64,000 bases of DNA. Source: Methanotrichaceae archaeon. Its GTDB lineage: Archaea > Halobacteriota > Methanosarcinia > Methanotrichales > Methanotrichaceae. The position numbers and the translations under genes are program-made. Each line of letters starts with the position of its first letter. Positions within the stretch are counted from its first letter, which is position 1. Location: positions 64,001-128,000 of the forward strand of contig CAVVKN010000002.1 of assembly GCA_963748825.1 (NCBI GenBank). Reading direction: 5' to 3'. Under the pieces are notes generated by a model. The model searched no databases. It saw only the letters and a list, made by a program, of their open reading frames with translations, and had not been told where the DNA came from. This document shows, in pieces, positions 59,837 to 64,000 of the stretch.

Positions 59837-60721
59837 CTAGCGCGGTTTTATGATAGCGAGGAGAATGAAAAAGGCAGTCTCGGCCAGGACGGCGAAAGCC
59901 GCCGGAAGGCTGGCTGCCGGTCCGAAGAGCATCAGTGAGACGGCAGCCGCCAGGCCCAGATTTTTGTAAGAGCCGAGAAGGGTATAGGATATCGCTTTTT
60001 ATCTGCTCTGGCCGGCCAGAATGGCGGCAATGTATATGGCCAATCCTATGGCAAAGGTGCGCGCCAGCGCGATTGCCGCCATAGCCGCGCTGCCCTGCCA
60101 GAGGGCGCCATGATTGAGGCCGATCACAGTGTATGTTACGAGGAAAAATCCCAGGTTGATAGGAAGAACCGGATTGATGGGGATACGTGCTGCAGCCCGG
60201 GAGGCAAGGGCGGGCAGAAGAATCAGGGCCAGGGATATCTGTACCAGGTAGCTGCCACTGATGCCCGTCTGGCGGGTGAGGGCGAAGATGATGGCCGGCA
60301 TGAGCAGAAGAGACGCCAGATAGGAGATGACCTCGGAGCCCAAAGAGAGGAGAGCGTCCCCCCGCAGGAGCCTGGTCATGGGCAGGACCGCGACCGCGGG
60401 AGGCACGGCCGCCATGACGATGAATCCCTGGCGCAGGGCCTCATCCTGCAGAGTATAGGATAATAGTAATATGAGCCCGGAGAGAAGGCCGTAGTTCAAG
60501 AAAAGACCTAGCAGAGAGCTTTTAAGGTAAATGCGCCAGGCCTTTGTTTTGCTGATGTCGATCTCGGTTAAGGAAAAGGCCATCATAAGCATGAGGGCGG
60601 GAGTGATGAATCCCTCTGTGACCTCTGCCGGCCCGGGAAAGGCCAGGCCCATGGCAATGGAAAGCAACAGAATCAAGGATGAATTATTGAGAAGGCCTAC
60701 TGCCCATTTTCCCGCGTTCAA
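59837..60721 (-). pseudogene. Bile acid:sodium symporter-family transporter with an internal TAA
   Basis: The hydrophobic ORF stops at TAA 59999-60001, but the same frame continues KAISYTLLGSYKNLGLAAAVSL... to TAG at 59837. Confidence 0.7.
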
Positions 60722-60734
60722 TGCTTCCTCCTCG

Positions 60735-61343
60735 TTAAGCAGCGCTCAGGAAATAGATGCCAAAGCAGACTAAAAAGCCGCCGCATATTCCCAGGATCCC
60801 TCGGTAACTTCGATCGGATAGTATGCTGCGTCCCCGATCCAGGCTGATCGAGACAAGGATCAGCCATCCGAAGTCCGCAACCCAGTGGCCGATCATGAAA
60901 AGGGCAGCCATGATTACACCCGAACGCAGGCCCGAGAGGACCAGGGCGCTGCCGATGGAGAGCCACCAGATCCAGAAGTAGGGATTGGCCGCGCTGGTGA
61001 TAATTCCCGCCAGGTAGGCATTGCCTATCACTTGCCCTTGTGATGCGACCAATGTGGCGTTTTTGCTCCCTTTTGCGGTCATAACTCCAAAAACGATGAG
61101 TGCCAGCCCGCCTGCTATGGAAACGGCGCGGGAATACTGCTGCATAGCTGCAGCCAGCCCACCAACAATGGACAGAAAGACCAAAACCTCAACCAGAGCG
61201 TGGCCTGCTGCCACTTTGGGGCCTGCCGTCCAGCCCTCTTTGAGAGAGGAGTTGACAGTGGCCACCAATGTCGGCCCGGGGGCCAGCGCGCCCGTAAGGC
61301 CGATGGTAAAGGCCATGAACAGCATCTGCAGGATCTCGTACAT
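60735..61343 (-). CDS. LysE-family translocator
   Basis: GALAPGP, GHALVE, NPYFWIWW, GHWVAD. Confidence 0.88.
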   Translation of the reverse strand: MYEILQMLFMAFTIGLTGALAPGPTLVATVNSSLKEGWTAGPKVAAGHALVEVLVFLSIVGGLAAAMQQYSRAVSIAGGLALIVFGVMTAKGSKNATLVASQGQVIGNAYLAGIITSAANPYFWIWWLSIGSALVLSGLRSGVIMAALFMIGHWVADFGWLILVSISLDRGRSILSDRSYRGILGICGGFLVCFGIYFLSAA

Positions 61344-61474
61344 CTCTCTCCCCTTTGCCAGATTTCCAGACAAAATGGCCTATGATTTAGGCCAAGGACT
61401 AAAGACCTTTGACATAAGCCTTTGCCCAAAGAAATAATGCTCGAAAGAATTAGACCGCCGAAAACAGACGAAAA

Positions 61475-61547
61475 TGGACAGGTCGGGATTTGAACCCGAG
61501 GCCTCTACCATGCCAAGGTAGCGATCTTCCAGCTGATCTACCTGCCC
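61475..61547 (-). tRNA. tRNA-Ala(GGC)
   Basis: 73-nt cloverleaf GGGCAGG...CCTGTCCA, G3:U70 pair, anticodon arm CTACC-TTGGCAT-GGTAG, T-loop GGTTCAAATCC; CCA not encoded. Confidence 0.97.
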
Positions 61548-61912
61548 AACAGCACTGAAGGTAAGTCGTACCCCATTTAAACATGTCGGTAGGAGGGTGG
61601 CCAACGGGCTATCCGCGTGTTCGCCTTTCCCCATCCTTCTCACAGGAAAAGCAGTATCATGCTTTTTAAAATGAATACCCCGCAGCTTGCTGCACGGGTG
61701 CGCCACCCTTTCACTGGCCATCGAGCCCGAGATTAAGCGCCCGATTGGCCCAAAGAGGCGATCTCAGGTGCTGATCAGAAAATCCTGGACTATGGCTCTA
61801 ATTCTCTTTTTATTTGACTGGAATGGGCCTTTTTCATTCTGCTGGAAGCGTGCGCGGAATGTGACGAGGCCGCTCGCCCCAGATCCTAAGAGTTATATCT
61901 ACCTTCTTTGAA

Positions 61913-62458
61913 ATGGTAGCGACTACCATGAAACACTGGGCACTGATATCACTCTTGTTCATCCTTTCTGCAGGCAGCGGCGAAGGGACCATGTATCTCT
62001 ATGGCGGCAGCGACGCCTACGGCCAAGGTCTGAGCTATCCTGGTTATAGCAGCCCTCTCTCCCTCGCCTCCTTTGTAGCCGGCAACAACACCACCGCCGT
62101 ATCATCGGTATTCCTGATCACCACCGTCTTCCGGCCCGAGTTCAGGTTTATAAACCAGAACCGTTCCGGCTATTATCATCCCATCCAGCCCCTCTGGGGT
62201 CAGTTCACATTTTACCTGCCATTTCTCAGCATGCAAGACTGGTTTTCCGGCAGCTACGATAGCTATGTTCCCGCCGTCAAGGATTTCCGGAAAGACGATT
62301 GGAAATCGACAGCCCCGGACTATGATACTCCTGCGGTAAGGCAGTTTATGCAGCAAGACAGCTATCTGGAAGGAGTCGAGCCGCACAACGATCCGGACCG
62401 CATGGGACTGAATAGTTTCCTGGATGATGATGAGCCGCCGGGAAGGCCGCTATTATAA
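61913..62458 (+). CDS. Secreted hypothetical protein
   Basis: Signal-peptide-like N-terminus; acidic C-terminus with weak PAVxxF repeats. Confidence 0.55.
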   Translation: MVATTMKHWALISLLFILSAGSGEGTMYLYGGSDAYGQGLSYPGYSSPLSLASFVAGNNTTAVSSVFLITTVFRPEFRFINQNRSGYYHPIQPLWGQFTFYLPFLSMQDWFSGSYDSYVPAVKDFRKDDWKSTAPDYDTPAVRQFMQQDSYLEGVEPHNDPDRMGLNSFLDDDEPPGRPLL

Positions 62459-62471
62459 ATATAATATAAGC

Positions 62472-63890
62472 CTAAATTGAGAACCGCTCTCCTCTCGCCG
62501 GAATAGCGACATTGGATATTCCCAATTTGCTCAGCCCTGCGGCCATTGCCGCTGTCGCATCCAGCTCTCCGTGCACCACAAATACACGTTCGGGCTTGTT
62601 CGGGATTGCTGCGATGAAATCGAGCAGCTCGCCCCCGTCTGCATGGGCACTGTAGCCGTCAATCTCCTCCATCCTGGCCCTTACCTCGTACTCCTCGCCG
62701 TATATGCGCGCAATCTTGTCTCCCTGCAAGAGCTTTCGGCCCAGAGTATTCTCCGCCTGATAGCCTACGAAAAGAACTGTGGTCTTGGGATTGCCGATAT
62801 TGCGGCGCAGGTGATGTAGCACTCTTCCGCCTTCGCACATACCCGAAGCGCTGATGATAATGGCCGGCTTTCTAAGGTCGTTGAGCCTCTTTGATTCCTC
62901 CGTACTGCGAGTGTACGTGAGCATATCAAAGCCAAAGGGGTCCTGCCCCCCGTCTTGCAGCAAGAGCTTCTCGGTTTCCTCATCATAGCACTCGGGATGT
63001 TGCCGGAAGATCTCTGTGACATTGGTTGCCAGAGGGCTGTCCACATAGACAGGCATTGAGGGAATTTGTTTTGATTCCATCAATTCGTGCAGATGATAGA
63101 CAACATCCTGGGTCCTCCCCACGGCAAATGCGGGAATTATGAGCAGGCCGCCTCTTTGCGCCGTATCGCTTACAATTCTGGCCAGCTTTTCTTTGGCCTC
63201 ATTCATAGGACCGTGACTTCGGCCACCATAAGTCGACTCTGTGATGAGAACATCCGCACGGCTGAAGACCTCAGGGTCTCGCACCACAGCAGCACCTTTT
63301 CGTCCCAGATCGCCGGTAAAAGCCAACGTTGTCGTCTTCTTTTCATCTCGGCCCTCGGCAATCTCAAGCGCGACCGTTGCTGAGCCGAGAATGTGTCCCG
63401 CATCTCTGAAGGTGAGTTTTATGCCGGGAAGAATCTCAAGGGGACGCCTGTATTCTACGGTTTGAAAGAGACGCAGTGCGGTCGTAACATCATGTCTTGT
63501 GAATAGCGGCTTGATAAAAGGCAATCCCCTCTCTGCGCTTAGCTTGTTTACATATTTCGTGTCCATCTCCTGAAGAGAGGCGGAGTCGCGCAGCATGGCA
63601 CTGCAGAGGTCGCGCGTCGCTGATGTCGAGAAGATGCTGTTGTCAAAGCCATTTTTAATCAGCATGGGCAATTTGCCGCTGTGGTCAAGATGGGCATGAG
63701 ATAGCACCACGGCATCGATGCTCTTGACGTCAAAAGGAAATTCAGAATTTAGCTTCCTGGCTTCCTGCCGTTTGCCCTGCACCATTCCGCAGTCCAGCAG
63801 CAACCGATGCCCATTTGCCTCAACCAGATGCATTGAGCCTGTAACGGACTGTGCGGCTCCAAAGAATTGCAGTATCAATTTGATCACCAT
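62472..63890 (-). CDS. MBL-fold beta-CASP ribonuclease (YSH1/CPSF-like)
   Basis: GAAQSVTGS, LSHAHLDHSG, AGHILGS, ESTYG, PAFAVGRTQ, SASGMCEGGR, SAHAD, VHGE. Confidence 0.93.
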   Translation of the reverse strand: MVIKLILQFFGAAQSVTGSMHLVEANGHRLLLDCGMVQGKRQEARKLNSEFPFDVKSIDAVVLSHAHLDHSGKLPMLIKNGFDNSIFSTSATRDLCSAMLRDSASLQEMDTKYVNKLSAERGLPFIKPLFTRHDVTTALRLFQTVEYRRPLEILPGIKLTFRDAGHILGSATVALEIAEGRDEKKTTTLAFTGDLGRKGAAVVRDPEVFSRADVLITESTYGGRSHGPMNEAKEKLARIVSDTAQRGGLLIIPAFAVGRTQDVVYHLHELMESKQIPSMPVYVDSPLATNVTEIFRQHPECYDEETEKLLLQDGGQDPFGFDMLTYTRSTEESKRLNDLRKPAIIISASGMCEGGRVLHHLRRNIGNPKTTVLFVGYQAENTLGRKLLQGDKIARIYGEEYEVRARMEEIDGYSAHADGGELLDFIAAIPNKPERVFVVHGELDATAAMAAGLSKLGISNVAIPARGERFSI

Positions 63891-64000
63891 TTCTAAAATT
63901 CTTCTTTTCTGTTTCCTGTTTGCACCATCCAGCGCCCAGGAATTTGCTTCTATTCTTGTTTATCGGGTTAACTTGTATTTGGTGCTGGAGTCGTTTGATA

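Noticed and set aside
1-64000. CRISPR array, rRNA, integrase or prophage
   Set aside because: No regularly spaced repeats, rRNA-like sequence, integrase or structural viral genes seen; nothing suggests integration at tRNA-Ala.

Overview
Archaeal methanogen DNA, most consistent with Methanothrix (Methanosaeta) or a close relative; this is an inference from Mmp10, cfbC/cfbB, archaeal ThrRS/ProRS, CDC48, DHQ synthase II and a Methanosarcinales-type S-layer domain. The window is mostly housekeeping genes plus many small gene remnants. Main content: right end of an IS630 element; glnA and a split glutamate synthase (gltB1/B2/B3) tightly linked to a catalytically intact FdhF-type molybdoenzyme and two ferredoxins; USP/CBS genes; cdc48 with HSR1-type operator sites; an S-layer protein; cfbCB; an AT-rich HD-domain + HSP90-like ATPase gene; tex, thrS, mgtA; a divergent mmp10 away from mcr; aroB'/aroD; an ion/osmolyte cluster (trkH, mscS, long KamA-family aminomutase with glutamate-type signature residues, aminotransferase, Na+/H+ antiporter); proS; tRNA-Ala(GGC); a beta-CASP nuclease. 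The strongest unexplained signal is non-coding: two copies, about 12.4 kb apart on opposite strands, of a roughly 105-bp element. Each has a BRE/TATA promoter, an identical spacer length, a perfect 10-bp stem and two anti-Shine-Dalgarno (TCCCTCCT) motifs, making it a candidate paralogous sRNA family. All family assignments are from motif recognition; no searches were run.
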